Positions 40,365 through 52,897 are shown, counted from the stretch's first letter. The stretch: 64,000 nucleotides of DNA from Eledone cirrhosa (GCA_964016885.1 OZ024756.1:13888001-13952000); one strand, 5' to 3'. Made by a program: numbers and translations. The notes: generated by a model from the sequence alone, not told the origin.

Positions 40365-40640
40365 AAGTGAAGCCTAATGGTTAGAATGCTTGACATACGA
40401 CTGTAATGTCGTCAGTTCAATTCCTGGAAATGCTGCTGTCTTGTGTTCTTGAGCAAAACACTTTATTTTATTTTGCTCCAGCACACTCAGCTGAGAGTGA
40501 GTACTGGCAGTAGCTAGGGAGTTAATCCTGCGATATACTGGTGTCCTATCCTGGAAGAGTTTTGTACTCTCAGTTGCTTAGCATCAAGGAAACCAGGGAG
40601 AAGCACCAGCCTCATGAGCCTTCCGCTTAGAACAGTATGA
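40365..40640 (+). mobile_element. tRNA-head SINE (family C/D variant)
   Basis: Head TAATGGTTAGAA...AGTTCAATTCC followed by TTCTTGAGCAAAACACTT. An inverse copy lies at 47020-47266. Confidence 0.7.
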
Positions 40641-40772
40641 AGAGTGATTTTACATGGTGTAACAAAACATGTGCATTGAATGTGTAAAGTTAGTGTGCAT
40701 GAATCGTTTCTCTTTTGTACCAAACATCGGGGCTTATCCGAGCAGTGGTTATCCTGATTTTTTCAGCATTAA

Positions 40773-41844
40773 CCCTTTAGCATTTACATTACTCTATATA
40801 TACTATTGTATTTTCACAGTAAAGGCTTTACCTCACATAATATCTCACATAACATTTACATTACTCTATATTTACTATTGTATTTTCACAGTAAAGGCTT
40901 TACCTTACATAATATCTCACATAACATTTACATTACTCTATATTTACTATTGTATTTTCACAGTAAAGGCTTTACCTCACATAATGTCTCACATAACATT
41001 TACATTACTCTATATATACTATTGTATTTTCACAGTAAAGACTTTACCTCACATAATATCTCACATAACATTTACATTACTCTATATATACTATTGTATT
41101 TTCACAGTAAAGGCTTTACCTCACATAATATCTCACATAACATTTACATTACTCTATATATACTATTGTATTTTCACAGTAAAGGCTTTACCTTACATAA
41201 TATCTCACATAACATTTACATTACTCTATATTTACTATTGTATTTTCACAGTAAAGGCTTTACCTCACATAATATCTCACATAACATTTACATTACTCTA
41301 TATATACTATTGTATTTTCACAGTAAAGGCTTTACCTCACATAATATCTCACATAACATTTACATTACTCTATATATACTATTGTATTTTCACAGTAAAG
41401 GCTTTACCTCACATAATGTCTCACATAACATTTACATTACTCTATATTTACTATTGTATTTTCACAGTAAAGGCTTTACCTCACATAATATCTCACATAA
41501 CATTTACATTACTCTATATATACTATTGTATTTTCACAGTAAAGGCTTTACCTCACATAATATCTCACATAACATTTACATTACTCTATATATACTACTG
41601 TATTTTCACAGTAAAGGCTTTACCTCACATAATGTCTCACATAACATTTACATTACTCTATATTTACTATTGTATTTTCACAGTAAAGGCATTATCTCAC
41701 ATAATATCAAATCTATGAGATTTTGATATTATTTATTTTGAGAACAATACATTAACATCAGTATGAGCAGCCAGTTACGGCCGTTTTGGACAGAAAGAGG
41801 TGAGAGAATTCTGGCTGGATACACTCGGTTTAAATGCTAAAGGG
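40773..41844 (+). mobile_element. piggyBac-type MITE with internal 72-bp tandem expansion (~13 copies)
   Basis: TTAA|CCCTTTAGCATTTA...TAAATGCTAAAGGG|TTAA. An unexpanded 220-bp relative lies at 53449-53668. Confidence 0.9.
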
Positions 41845-41960
41845 TTAAGTGACTAAGAGTATAAAACTCCTGTCTAGACAGGACACCAGTCCATTACAGG
41901 GTTAACTCGTCGTATGTTGTAAAATGGTCAACTTTTCTTCTTCTTCTTCTTCCATTGTAG

Positions 41961-42090
41961 TGTTTCATGAATAGTATTCTACAGTGTCTCAACAAATCTC
42001 CTTTGCTGCTCAACTATATAATCACTGACCACTACAAACTGGACATTGCCAAACCAGGGGCAGCACGCTTTGAAGGAAACTTTCTGAGAG
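41961..42090 (+). CDS. USP2: USP2-like exon 3 (CFMNSILQCL..., catalytic Cys)
   Basis: TTGTAG| acceptor, AGAG|GTACAT donor, phase 0/1. Confidence 0.93.
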
Positions 42091-42134
42091 GTACATTCCA
42101 TATTATGTCTGATCTATTTATATATGTATACATA

Positions 42135-42166
<32 letters not shown>

Positions 42167-42434
42167 AATTATTGTGTACAGTGCTCAGGGGCACTACAAC
42201 TCATCAAAGTTGCATGTATAGTACATAGAATAATGTACAAATGTCAGGAAAATGAACAGTGTATGAGTCATGATATAATAATAATAATAATAATAATGAA
42301 ATATTGTGTACAGTGCCCAGGTGCACCACAACTCATCAAAAAGTGCATGTACAGTACATAGGGCAATGCACAAACATCAGTAAAATGAATATTTATATAT
42401 ATCATCATCATTAAAATGACAGTGATGATGATGA

Positions 42435-42473
<39 letters not shown>

Positions 42474-43699
42474 CAAATGTAAAGGATATATGTATTTACA
42501 GAGAGAGAGGACCATATATCTGAGAGAATACACAATATATTGTATATATAAAAAGTACATATTTCAAAGAGAAAAATATGTACTGTAGTAGATGGAATCG
42601 GTAGAGTTCCCGTTAGCGCTATTTCATGTTCGGTAGACTGTAATTTAAAATCAATCTATTTAATCAATTATCGATCATAAACTATCGATTACGATTATGA
42701 TTAAACTACAGGAGATTCCAGACACTTCTCAGGGGTATAGGCTATGTATTCTAAGAAGAATATAGATGCAAAAATCTAAACTATAATAAAGTAAGAAGCA
42801 CGGGACTGCATACAGTTTATAATTTTTTATCCCATTAGTAAAATAAGTTGGATTACTTTGAATAAATAATGATAAATTTTGTGGCTGTTCATTAAATATA
42901 TTTTATTATTTATTTAAAGATTCACTTCTTTAAAATTTTCAAATGTCAACACTTCCAGTGACGATCGCTTAAATAAACATATTAATTTTCTGTCAATAAT
43001 TTTCCCCTAATGCAGTTTATATATAATATCGTCATTTTTTTAATGTATCATGGATTACGTTACTGATTACATAAGACAGTGTAACACAGTCTTCGTTCAA
43101 TTTCTGTGTATATTGTCAATTACGATTTTATTTGACATATCATATCTACATGTATATATACTTGCGTATAATAGCAATATACACTCTACACATGCTAGCA
43201 GAAAACCATCCGAAGGGTGGTTTTTCTGTTAGTAGTATATAAAACAATATACTTGTCTATATCCAGAGATAAGTCCAACTAAGTTTACCATACTGAAAAC
43301 TGCATAGTGTGACCAAATTCAACCCAAGACAAGAGATATAGACAAAAGGGGACATTCCGCTAGAAAGAGGTGCAGAATTTATGATCGCCTCAGCTTAACA
43401 AGTTAAGTTATGGAGCTATGGCACTTTACTGATTAAATCTACAGTACATATTTTTCTCTTAGAAATATGTACTTTGAATATATACAATATATTGTGTATC
43501 CTCTCGGATATATGGTCCTCTCTCTCTCTATATACATATATATCTTTTACATTTGAATTATCATGGCTCTGGATAAAATCTATTGAGCTTGTTTGTTGAG
43601 AAGCACAAAAATCTAACATATTTGATATGCTTTGATTCCTCACATTTATATATATATATATAAATTGCTCTCAGACTGCTTACTGGTGTCTTTTACCAA

Positions 43700-44560
43700 C
43701 ACCACCACCATTATACTGTTTTCCTTGCCATAGAGTTCAGAGTATTGTTCCACTCATCTCTCCTACTGCTCTCTTTTGCCCTTGATGACCTTGATGACCT
43801 CACCTGTTCTGCATACATTCCCCGAATGTTACCTGTGTCATGTGACAGCTGGATGCCTACGCATAACTAGGTCGCAGTAGCGTTGATATGCTGCCTGCCC
43901 GAAGGCTTGGCGTAGTGCATCATTTTTGGTTAGAATTTGAGATTGCAGCAAACCAGGGAAACTAGGGAGTGATCTGTATCGCAGTCAGCGCTCTGAAAAG
44001 ACCCAGTCAGGAGCACATTTCTCAAGTGGTTGCATCTTGTGAGGATCAGATCTAGTTAGTGCCAGTGTCCTGAGTGGAGGTGATGCCAGGAAACTTTGTG
44101 CTGAGCTTTGACCTAGAAGTAGCTGTTGGTGACACATAGTCCATGGAGCATACAGAGCTCAAGCAGTCGTTGCCCATTGTCCTTCATGTTACCGACCCCG
44201 TGAAATCTCAGACACCCTGTCCAAGAGTTGTGGTTGGCTCCCACTCTAGCATTGAAGTTGCAAAGTAGCACCTGTTGTTCTCCATTTGGAATCGCTTATA
44301 TTTTTCTTAAGAGCTGATCATAAACTTTATCCTTGTTGTCTTGTGTGGAATAGAGGGATGGGGCATAAGCACTGACACGGTTGACAGGCCCATCCAAAGT
44401 GTGCAATTGGAGTGAGAGGATCCACTCTAAGCCATCGCTGCCAAGTTCCACCTTATCCAACAGTGAGTTCCTCATGGCAAAGCCGACACCATCCCCTCTG
44501 GCTTCATCTATGCTTTTTCCCTGCCAGAAAAAGGTATATTCTCTTTCACAAAGGGTCCTC
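43700..44560 (-). mobile_element. RTE-clade LINE APE endonuclease fragment
   Basis: Minus strand EYTFFWQGKS...GVGFAMRNSLL...VSAYAPSLYS...KDKVYDQL. Confidence 0.8.
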
Positions 44561-44593
44561 TATTCTGGGAGCCACATCTCCTGGAGTGCTGCA

Positions 44594-44860
44594 ATCATCA
44601 TCATCATCATCACCGTTTTACGTCCGTTCTTCCACGCTAGCATGGGTTAGACGGGTTGTCCTGTCGTGGGCAGTCTTGCTCATACGGGAACTGATTCTGG
44701 CTTGATTTCTACCGCTGGATGCTCTTCCTAACACCAACCTCATTTACAGTGAGTGCTGGGTGCTTTTAATCCGTGGCGCCTACACGTCCACTTTACAGTG
44801 AGTGCTGGGTGCTTTTTCTGCCGTGGCACCTCCACGACCACTTTGCAGTGTGGGAGGTGT
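44594..44860 (-). mobile_element. SINE family C 3' part
   Basis: (TCA)n tail followed by CGTTTTACGTCCG...GCTGGATGCTCTTCCTAACACC. Confidence 0.82.
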
Positions 44861-45394
44861 GGGGGCATATTGTCTATATGCTTCAGCTTCGGCTTGTACC
44901 CGTGGGGAGGTCGGGTCTTCTGTATTACTGCGTGACGCCAGAGGACACGGTCGTGTCCACTCAAAGTTGTAGCAGTTCGTTGTTGCTAACTGCTGTTTTG
45001 CGGGTGTCGCTGATCTTTAAAAGATCATCTAACAGACCAATAGTCATGGTCCATATATTCTAACATTCAAGTCTTAATGCCGGTTTCCTCTTCATTGATT
45101 TTCTTGGTGCAGTATTTACAGCCCACGATTCGGTATATTAATATCCCTAAGCCCCACGCACCAAGTGGGTCACCTGGGCTATCACAGGATAGCCCTTAAC
45201 TCACTGGGGTCTGCCCAACTTGAGGCAGGTGGTAGCGGTCCAGTGACGCATAATCACCTCTGCCTCCATCAAAAGCAGCCCCCTACTGCCTTGCTCATAC
45301 ACCATTCGTGTGCAGACTTATAACCGGCAAAAATGCTGCTTTCCGTGTTTTGCCACCGCAGTGAGGCGATGCCGGGTGACCTCACCATATATAT

Positions 45395-46130
45395 AGAAAT
45401 TCCATTTTATGTCCCAAATGCAAAGTATGGCTACATAAAAGATGTAGTGGGATCACAGGTAAGCTATCTAAGAACGTAGATTTTTTATGTGGCCGATGCT
45501 CAGGTGCAATAAGTAGCAAGTGCCCACAGGATACTAGCTCCTTCTATTGCCCAGATGGTCCTATAGAAATAGTGGACGCCTTCTGTTACCTGGGTGACAA
45601 AATCAGCAGTGGAGGAGGGTGTTCTGAAAGTACAGTAGCCAGAGTCAGAACGGGATGGAAAAAGTTCAGAGAGCTTATACCGCTGTTGGCCACAAAAGGT
45701 TTCTCTCTAAAAATGAAAGGCAGATTGTATGATGTCTGTATACGAACAGCAATGTTACATGGCAGTGAGACCTGGGCATTGTGTGCAGAGGACCTGCGCA
45801 GACTGGAAAGGAACGAAGCATGCATGCTCCGTTGGTTGTGTAATATATAAATGAACTAAGTGAGAAATTAGGAATAAGAGGGATCAGATGCTGTTTACTT
45901 GAGAGAAGACTACGTTGGTATGGTCATGTGATGCACATGAAAGACGACAGCTGTATAAAAAAAAGTGCAGGGCAATCAAAATTGATGGTAGTTACGGAGT
46001 AGGTAGACCCAGAAAAACCTGGGATGATTTGATAAATTCTGATCTTCCACACTTACACCTCTCTAAGACAATGTCACTGGTCCGAGATCTTTGGCGCTAC
46101 GCACTAATACAGAAAACCCGCCTTGCCTAA
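45395..46130 (+). mobile_element. RTE-clade LINE, C-terminal ORF part
   Basis: Motifs FCYLGD, ARVRTGWKKFREL, KGRLYDVCIRTAMLHGSETW, ERRLRWYGHVM and GRPRKTW. Confidence 0.9.
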
Positions 46131-46387
46131 GTACAAAGCAAAACCTACAGTCAGTAGGCACCTCTTAACCAAATATACACAGGTATGCCGGTAGACCAGA
46201 ATTAGCCATCGAAACGGCTTGAGCTCCGCCGTCGGGGTTAAACTTTTTCCTATTATCCACTCTACTACCCTAAGTATTGAGTACTCTGGTAAGTTATGGT
46301 CCATCTGGTTCATTACCACACTTCCTTCATTATATATATATAAATATATATATACATAGAGATATATTTATACATAGATGTATATAT

Positions 46388-46723
46388 GGAGGCGCATGGC
46401 TTAGTGGTTAGAGCATTGGCCTTGCAATCGAAAGGTTGTGAGTTCAATTCTCAGACCGGGTGATGTCTTGTTTCCTTGATCAAGACACTTTATTTCACGT
46501 TGCTCCAATTTACTCAGCTGTAGAAATGAGATGATAGGGACTGGGGTCCCTATCATTCCACTGCAAAGTGGTCGTGGAGGTGCCATGGCAAAAAAGCACC
46601 CAGCATTCACTGTAAATGAGGTTGGTGTTAGGAAGGGCATCCAGCTGTAGAAATCGAGCCAGAATCAGTTCCCGTCCCACCCTTGCAAGCAGGGAAAAGC
46701 GGACGTAAAATGATGATGATGAT
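46388..46723 (+). mobile_element. Full-length SINE family C
   Basis: tRNA-like head (TGGCTTAGTGG; GAGTTCAATTC), internal GTTAGGAAGGGCATCCAGCTGTAG block and (TGA)n tail. Confidence 0.9.
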
Positions 46724-46831
46724 ATATATATATATAAATCAGGAGCTGATTAAACAGAGTGATTGCCGGTCCAGCAAAAATTAGGTATTACTATTGATGC
46801 TCTGAAATACCGATATATACATGAATGTATG

Positions 46832-47006
46832 TATAGTATATTTGGCATTATACTGTATGTTTAATTAAAAACATTTAGCTCTCGGCCACTCTCTGTTGTT
46901 TTTGCCGAGAATAATTAAGTGACATAGTCACTACTTTGAAACTCATAGCATATGGTCTTCTAAATGTTTTTAATTAAACATACGGTATATTGCCAAATAT
47001 ACTATA
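46832..47006. repeat. 47-bp-arm inverted repeat (MITE-like or foldback)
   Basis: 46832-46878 versus 46960-47006, two mismatches. Confidence 0.85.
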
Positions 47007-47019
47007 AAAGGTCTAAAGT

Positions 47020-47266
47020 CTGTCTTAAGCCAGAAGGCTCATTTGGCTGGTGCTTATAGCGATACCATGGCGTGAAGCGACTGAGAGTACAAGACTTCCC
47101 CCTGGACAGGACGCCAGTCCATCGGAGGGTTAAACCTCAGCTGAGTATACTGGAGCAACGTGAAATGAAGTGTTTTGCTCAAGAACACAACACGCAACCC
47201 AGGAATCGAGCCCACGACATTATGATCGTAAGTCCAACCCCCTTACCACTAGGCCACGTGCCTCCA
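47020..47266 (-). mobile_element. tRNA-head SINE (family C/D variant)
   Basis: The reverse complement starts GGAGGCACGTGGCCTAGTGGTAAGG...GGCTCGATTCC. Confidence 0.8.
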
Positions 47267-47326
47267 CAAATATACTATACATACATTCATATATTTATAT
47301 ATATATATATATTTATATATTTCCAG

Positions 47327-47432
47327 CCTTTAGTGATGTGATGAAAAAGCTGTGGACATCTCGAATGGAAGTCACACCAGCTTTGTTTAGGAACAGCATT
47401 AAAAAATTAAATAGTATTTATCAAGGATTTGG
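47327..47432 (+). CDS. USP2: USP2-like exon 4 (AFSDVMKKLW...YQGFG)
   Basis: TTCCAG| acceptor, GG|GTGAGT donor, phase 1/2. Confidence 0.92.
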
Positions 47433-47554
47433 GTGAGTTTTTAACGTGTTTTTGATTTGTCTTTCATTTAATGTCGACATCAATATTGAATTGTTAGTAA
47501 TTGTATTTTATGTTGTTGTGATGTCATATAGATATTGTGTGTATGTATGTATAT

Positions 47555-48020
47555 ACAAAGGGCGGAAGAACTTATAAGAGTGAACGGCCATCCAAAAATG
47601 TGTAAATATGTAGACATGTACATATGTATGTATATGTGTATATACACATGTACATGTGTATGTATATGCGTGGTGACATAGAAATAGTCGGGCTGGACAC
47701 CCGATCGTGTGGTTAAACCACTGGGAGTGAAGGACCCCTAGCCTTTGTCAGGGCATTCTTCTAGGAGAAGGCAACTCAGGAAACTGGGATAACTCCGATA
47801 TAAAACCTGCGGCTCAGTAGTTACCGATGATGTTGATCTTTTCTTCTTTTCGGGTTATAGCTACTGTCGCTCAGAGAGTGGGATTGGCTCAGTGCACAGT
47901 CTTTCCTCACTTTAAAAAATATCTTCACGCACAGGCATTGCACAATAGTATTAATTAATAATTATTAAGAATGGTATATCGTGCAATGCCCATACTTGAT
48001 AACGAGAGGGCAGCCATCAT
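47555..48020 (-). mobile_element. Interspersed repeat family A, copy 2 (inverted)
   Basis: Reverse complement of 49105-49575. Confidence 0.88.
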
Positions 48021-48261
48021 ATATATATATATATATATATATTTGAAAAAAGGAAAAGAATTAAATCACTTGTAGTTGGTATTCTATAACAATTTAGTTT
48101 TATAATTTTGCTATGTAGATCTACATAGAAAAATTATAAAATTGTAAAATTATAAAGTTAAATTGTTATAGAATTCCAACTTCAAATGAAATCATTCTTT
48201 TCCTTTTTTCGAATATACCTAACTATACCAAGGATTTGTATATATACATATACACACACAC

Positions 48262-48880
48262 ATAGGGTGTAACAGGTAAATTGGGACAAGTTTCAAATGG
48301 GTATATTTCTAATTGTATAGATTTTGTTGCAGTCTAAATTTTAAATATTATCAGCTTGAATAATCACTTATTCATAATTTGTTCAATCTGAAATAAAAAA
48401 TAGTTTCTTGATAAAGAATTAAACTGTAGAAGTGCAATTGCCAAATTATTCCATGCCGGTAAAAGTGCCAAAGAGATTGTTAGAGCCACAAAGTATGCCA
48501 AATCTACTGTTTTTAGAGTTGTAGCCAATTTGAAGAAAAGTGAGGATGTTCAGAGAAAGCCTCACAATCCCCGCAATGACCAAAAACACACACCTCGCTA
48601 TTTTATCAGGACTTAAAAGATCAATTGAGTCAAATCCATCAAAATCTTTGAAGAAGTTTTGTTGCCTTGGATAAGGAAGCATTATGGTGCAAGTCGAATC
48701 ATGTTTACAAAACTCTGCACCCACCTATTGCAAGAATTTTTAAAGAAGGAATTGCCCCGAAGGAGATCTGGCCCTCTCTAGCTCACCTGATTTGAATCTG
48801 TATGATTTTTGGCTATGGGGTGCAATTGAAGCAATATCCAGTGCAACTTCTCACAACTCTGTGTCTTTACTGATGTATGA
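48262..48880 (+). mobile_element. Degenerate Tc1/mariner (DD37D/maT-like) transposon fragment
   Basis: TAGGGTGT terminus-like start, then IKIFEEVLLPWIRK, QNSAPT (QDxAP relic) and WP..SPDLNLYDFWLWG. Confidence 0.75.
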
Positions 48881-49104
48881 CCGAACTTGGATTTGTGGAT
48901 TAAGAGCACAACTCCCTAATTCATAGACTACAAGTAGCTGAGATATCTGGCACCTTCAAAATTTTCAAAACATTCTTGTGATTTAAGGGATGACAATTTC
49001 TTTTCTTTTACAACCTTGCCACCAGGAAGGTGGCTAGTCAAAAATGTACTCAAAATTAAGAGAAATAGAAACATACATATATACACACATACATACATTC
49101 ATAC

Positions 49105-49725
49105 ATGATGGCTGCCCCCTCGTTATTGAGTATGGCCATTACACGATATAACATTATTAATAATTATTAATTAATTCTATCGTGCAATGCATGTGCGTGA
49201 AGATATTTTTTAAAGTGAGGAAAGTCTGCGCACTGAGCCAATCCCACTCTCTGAGAGACAGTAGCTATAACCCGAAAAGAAGAAAAGATCAACATCATCG
49301 GTAACTACTGAGCCGCAGGTTTTATATCAGAGTTATCCCAGTTTCCTGAGTTGTTGTCTTCTAGAAGAATGCCCTGACAAAGGCTAGGGGTCCTCCACTC
49401 CCAGTGGTTTAACCACGCGATCCAGTGTCCAGCCCGACTATTTCTATGTCCCCGCGCATACACATACACATGCACCCATGTATATACACATATACATACA
49501 TATGTATATGTCTATATACATATTTACACACTTTTGGATGGCCGTTGACTCTTATGAGTTCTTCCACCCTTTGTCAGGTTTTGGTTTTTGTCCTGCAGGG
49601 TGTCCAAAATCACCCTCCTCACCAAGTAAACTTGGTGGGGTTGCCGGTTTAGTCGCCGACGACCCGACCATGCGACAGGTTGTACTGGGTTACATGTTAC
49701 CAGTAGCACCCTAGAGTGACCCGAC
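49105..49725 (+). mobile_element. Interspersed repeat family A, copy 3 (longest)
   Basis: Similar to copies 1 and 2; flanked by CATA repeats. Confidence 0.88.
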
Positions 49726-49810
49726 ATACATACATACATACATACATACTTACTTACAAGGCTGCCAACAAACTTTCTTATTTCCTTTTCCTGTGTTTCT
49801 TCCCCAACAG

Positions 49811-49897
49811 CCAAGAAGATGCACATGAGTTTTATAACCACCTCGTTAATGGTCTACATGAAGAACTTGATACAACGAAGAAATCCGGACCTAAAGG
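49811..49897 (+). CDS. USP2: USP2-like exon 5 (QEDAHEFYNHLVNGLHEEL)
   Basis: CAACAG| acceptor, GG|GTAATT donor, phase 2/2. USP QxDAxEF box. Confidence 0.93.
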
Positions 49898-50321
49898 GTA
49901 ATTAAATACCATTTCATGTTTATATCACAGATATCACATCTACAAAAGTAAACACCATCTTAGCAGACTTTCTTCACACAGTCAAGCCTGGGTTTGTGCG
50001 TGTGTGTGTGTGGAGGGGTGTGTGGGTTGTAACTCCAAGGGTTCCCCTCTCTCCGTGCCTCAAGAGTCGTTGGTGAGTGAGTTAGAAAAACAACAACAGT
50101 CACCTGTCATAGAGGGTCAGACGCCATGCTTTGCGGCATAGAATTACGTCCCTTTACGGATATTTTATAACATGAAGACGATGACATCACATTTTGTATA
50201 TATAGTGTGTGTGTGTCTTTGAGTGTTTGTACGTTCGTTACGTACATTACGCCTTAGTAAGTTACATACACACACATCTTCACGTAAATATTTAATCAGA
50301 TACACAGAGAATTAAACACAC

Positions 50322-50600
50322 ATCATCATCATCATCATCATCGTTTTATGTCCGTTCTTCCACACTAGTATGGGTTAGACGGGTTGTCCTGTTGTGAGCA
50401 GTGTCCAGTCGACTGACCTCGTCTTGCTCATACAGGAACTGATTCTGGCTTGATTTCTACAGCTGGATGCCCTTCCTAACACCAACCTCATTTACAGTGA
50501 GTGTTGGGTGCTTTTTTGCCATGGCGCCTACATGTCCACTTTACAGTGTGGGCTGGGTGCTTTTTTTGCCGTGGCACCTCCACAACCACTTTGCAGTGGG
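50322..50600 (-). mobile_element. SINE family C 3' part
   Basis: Same body as 44594-44860. Confidence 0.82.
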
Positions 50601-50887
50601 AGGGTGATATCTACATATACATGTGTGGTGACTGACACGTATGTGTGTGAGTCTATGTCAGTGTGAGTATACATACATTTCTGTGACAACTGACATAATG
50701 AATGCTGGGGGTAAAAATCCACGTGTGCATTTGTATGAATGTATATCTGTGTGTGTTTTTTACAAGTTGTGTGTGTGTTTGTATGAACACACATCTACAC
50801 ATTCATATACATATGTGACAACTGACAAGTATATGTGTGTGTGAGTGTATGCGTAGTTAATAGAGATTAATATATATTTCTTTTGTA

Positions 50888-51228
50888 TCATCATCATCAT
50901 CATCATTTTACGTCCGCTTTTCCCTGCTTGCAAGGGTGGGACGGGAACTGATTCTGGCTTGATTTCTACAGCTGGATGCCCTTCCTAACACCAACCTCAT
51001 TTACAGTGAGTACTGGGTGCTTTTTTCCGTGGCACCTACACGACCACTTTGCAGTGGAATGATAGGGACCCCAGTCCCTATCATCTCATTTTTACAGCTG
51101 AGTAAACTGGAGCAATGTCAAATAAAGTGTCTTGCTCAAGGAAACAACACATCACCCGGTCTGAGAATTGAACTCACAACCTTTCGATTGCAAGCCCAAT
51201 GCTCTAACCACTAAGCCATGTGCCTCCA
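50888..51228 (-). mobile_element. Full-length SINE family C (inverted relative to 46388)
   Basis: Near reverse complement of 46388-46723. Confidence 0.9.
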
Positions 51229-51269
51229 TATGTATGTTGATACTTATTTGTTTACAATATTGAAAAAAA

Positions 51270-51712
51270 ATATCTTTATTCCAAAAATTCCTCTCATACC
51301 TACAGCTGTTACATTTGAATTTAAGAAGATTCAGTTTCCAATCAAACTAAGTTTTGTTATTTCAGTTAACTAATCTCAGGGTCAATCCCTGGGGGTAATT
51401 GAACTTGATCTCTCTACTACATGTTTCTCCCTCGGCCAACTCTTTGTTGGCTGCTCATGAGTTGGAAGCAGCAACAATTTATTCATTTGCATACCAACAA
51501 AAAAATTATACAATGAATATTGTTTACCCAGAGGTGCTTCAAGATTGACAGATTTTCAGTTCTAAATTCTATTATCATTACAATTTGGATATTTTAAAAT
51601 AAAATATAGATATTTTGAAATAATTAGGAGAAAAAATATATCTTCATATTTATTGTTTACTAATCTGAATAAGAACAGTAGTAACCCGGGCAATGCCGGA
51701 TCATTCAGCTAG
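51270..51712 (+). mobile_element. Helitron 3' end with PIF1-like helicase remnant
   Basis: Motifs QFPIKLSF..VN*SQGQSL, CFSLGQLFVGCS*V and NIVYPEVL. A subterminal CCGGGCAATGCCGG hairpin precedes the CTAG|T terminus at 51709-51712. Confidence 0.88.
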
Positions 51713-52021
51713 TTATATATAAGAATATTCATGTTTAATCAACAGTTACAAAATTTAGTAGATAAATTATATAATATTCATTCATGATTTATTAAAAGTA
51801 AACTTATTTTAATAACATGTTAAAAAAAAATATCCCCGACACAGTCTCGCAGTCTCCAATCATTATATATTAAATTTGTTTTTATAAGTCTGTTCTTGTG
51901 TTGTTGGACATACAGACACACTCACACATATACAGAAATACACACATTACATGTTTTAGTTATTTAAAGAGTAGGGGAGGTGGATTGAGTGAAAGTTGGA
52001 GTAGTATTCCCTCTCTATATA

Positions 52022-52423
52022 TACGAGAGCAATCCCAAAAGTAAGGTCTCCTTCCGATATTGCAACTTTTCCGTTAAAATCCTGTGGATGGCGCTTCGGG
52101 AAACCTCAGGAACCAAAATACAGAGAGCATCCAGAGTGATCTGCCGATCTTTACGCATGTTTTCCTCGGAAGGAGACCTTACTTTTGGAATTTGCCCTCG
52201 TATATAATAACTGCGCGAAATTCGCACTTGGCTGCAGTAGCGTTCAACGGGATCTCCATTCTCAACGGCTGCCAAGCCAAGATTGAGCATCCCAGCGAAG
52301 CGCATGCATGCTTGTTTGGGAGTGAAGGAAGCACCAATCACAACAGTGTTGCTAACAGCCGTACAAACAGTTTCTCTGCGTCCCCATCGCTTTGGAGACC
52401 TTACTTTTGGAATTACCCTCGTA
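52022..52423 (-). mobile_element. Rearranged mariner element with three TIRs
   Basis: TA-CGAG..AAAAGTAAGGTCTCC TIR at 52022, with inverse copies ending at 52202 and 52423. Transposase fragments MEIPLNATAAKCEFRAVI and VSRSAIHRILTEKLQYRK lie on the minus strand. Confidence 0.8.
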
Positions 52424-52589
52424 GATAGTATGACAAACGGCCAGACAGTAAGTACCTTGGTGCTAGAAATAGCAGTAAATTCTCCCAAACTGTCCACTTC
52501 TCTATTCGATTTTCAGAAAATAAGGCAACAGCAAGCTTTATTGAGGTCAGATTAATTGAAAACACGCGAAAAACCTTAATTATTATTAG

Positions 52590-52772
52590 TGGTGGATTGG
52601 CAGTATCGGTAGAGGGTCGGACATGCTTTCCAGCATAGTTACGTCCCTTTACGATCTGAGTTCAAATCCAGTCGAGGTTAACTTTGCCTTTCATCCTTAC
52701 GGGGTCGATAAAATAAAGTACCAGTAATGTACTGGGTAATTGCTGGCCTTGTGCCTAAAATAGAAACAGTTA
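52590..52772 (+). mobile_element. SINE family B
   Basis: Same body as 2154-2336. Confidence 0.88.
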
Positions 52773-52844
52773 TTAGTGTTATTAGCAGTCAATGTACAAA
52801 CAAACAAACTTCCTTTTTATAAATATATAGATATATATTTTCAG

Positions 52845-52897
52845 GATCAACCAAGCATCATGGTATGACTTTTGCAAAGGTGATACTAAAATTACAG
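52845..52897 (+). CDS. USP2: USP2-like exon 6 (INQASWYDFCKGDTKIT)
   Basis: TTTCAG| acceptor, ACAG|GTAAGT donor, phase 2/1. Aligns with the W...DS.I segment of USP2. Confidence 0.88.

Noticed and set aside
40669-41726. 349-aa membrane-like repeat ORF
   Set aside because: It is the translation of the 72-bp repeat inside a MITE in intron 2.
42141-42390. Duplicated ~135-bp (ATA)n-headed segment
   Set aside because: Most likely two short retroelement 3' tails on the minus strand; no further signal.
46388-46460. tRNA gene
   Set aside because: A and B boxes are present but continue into a SINE body and tail, with multiple dispersed copies. The same applies to family B heads.
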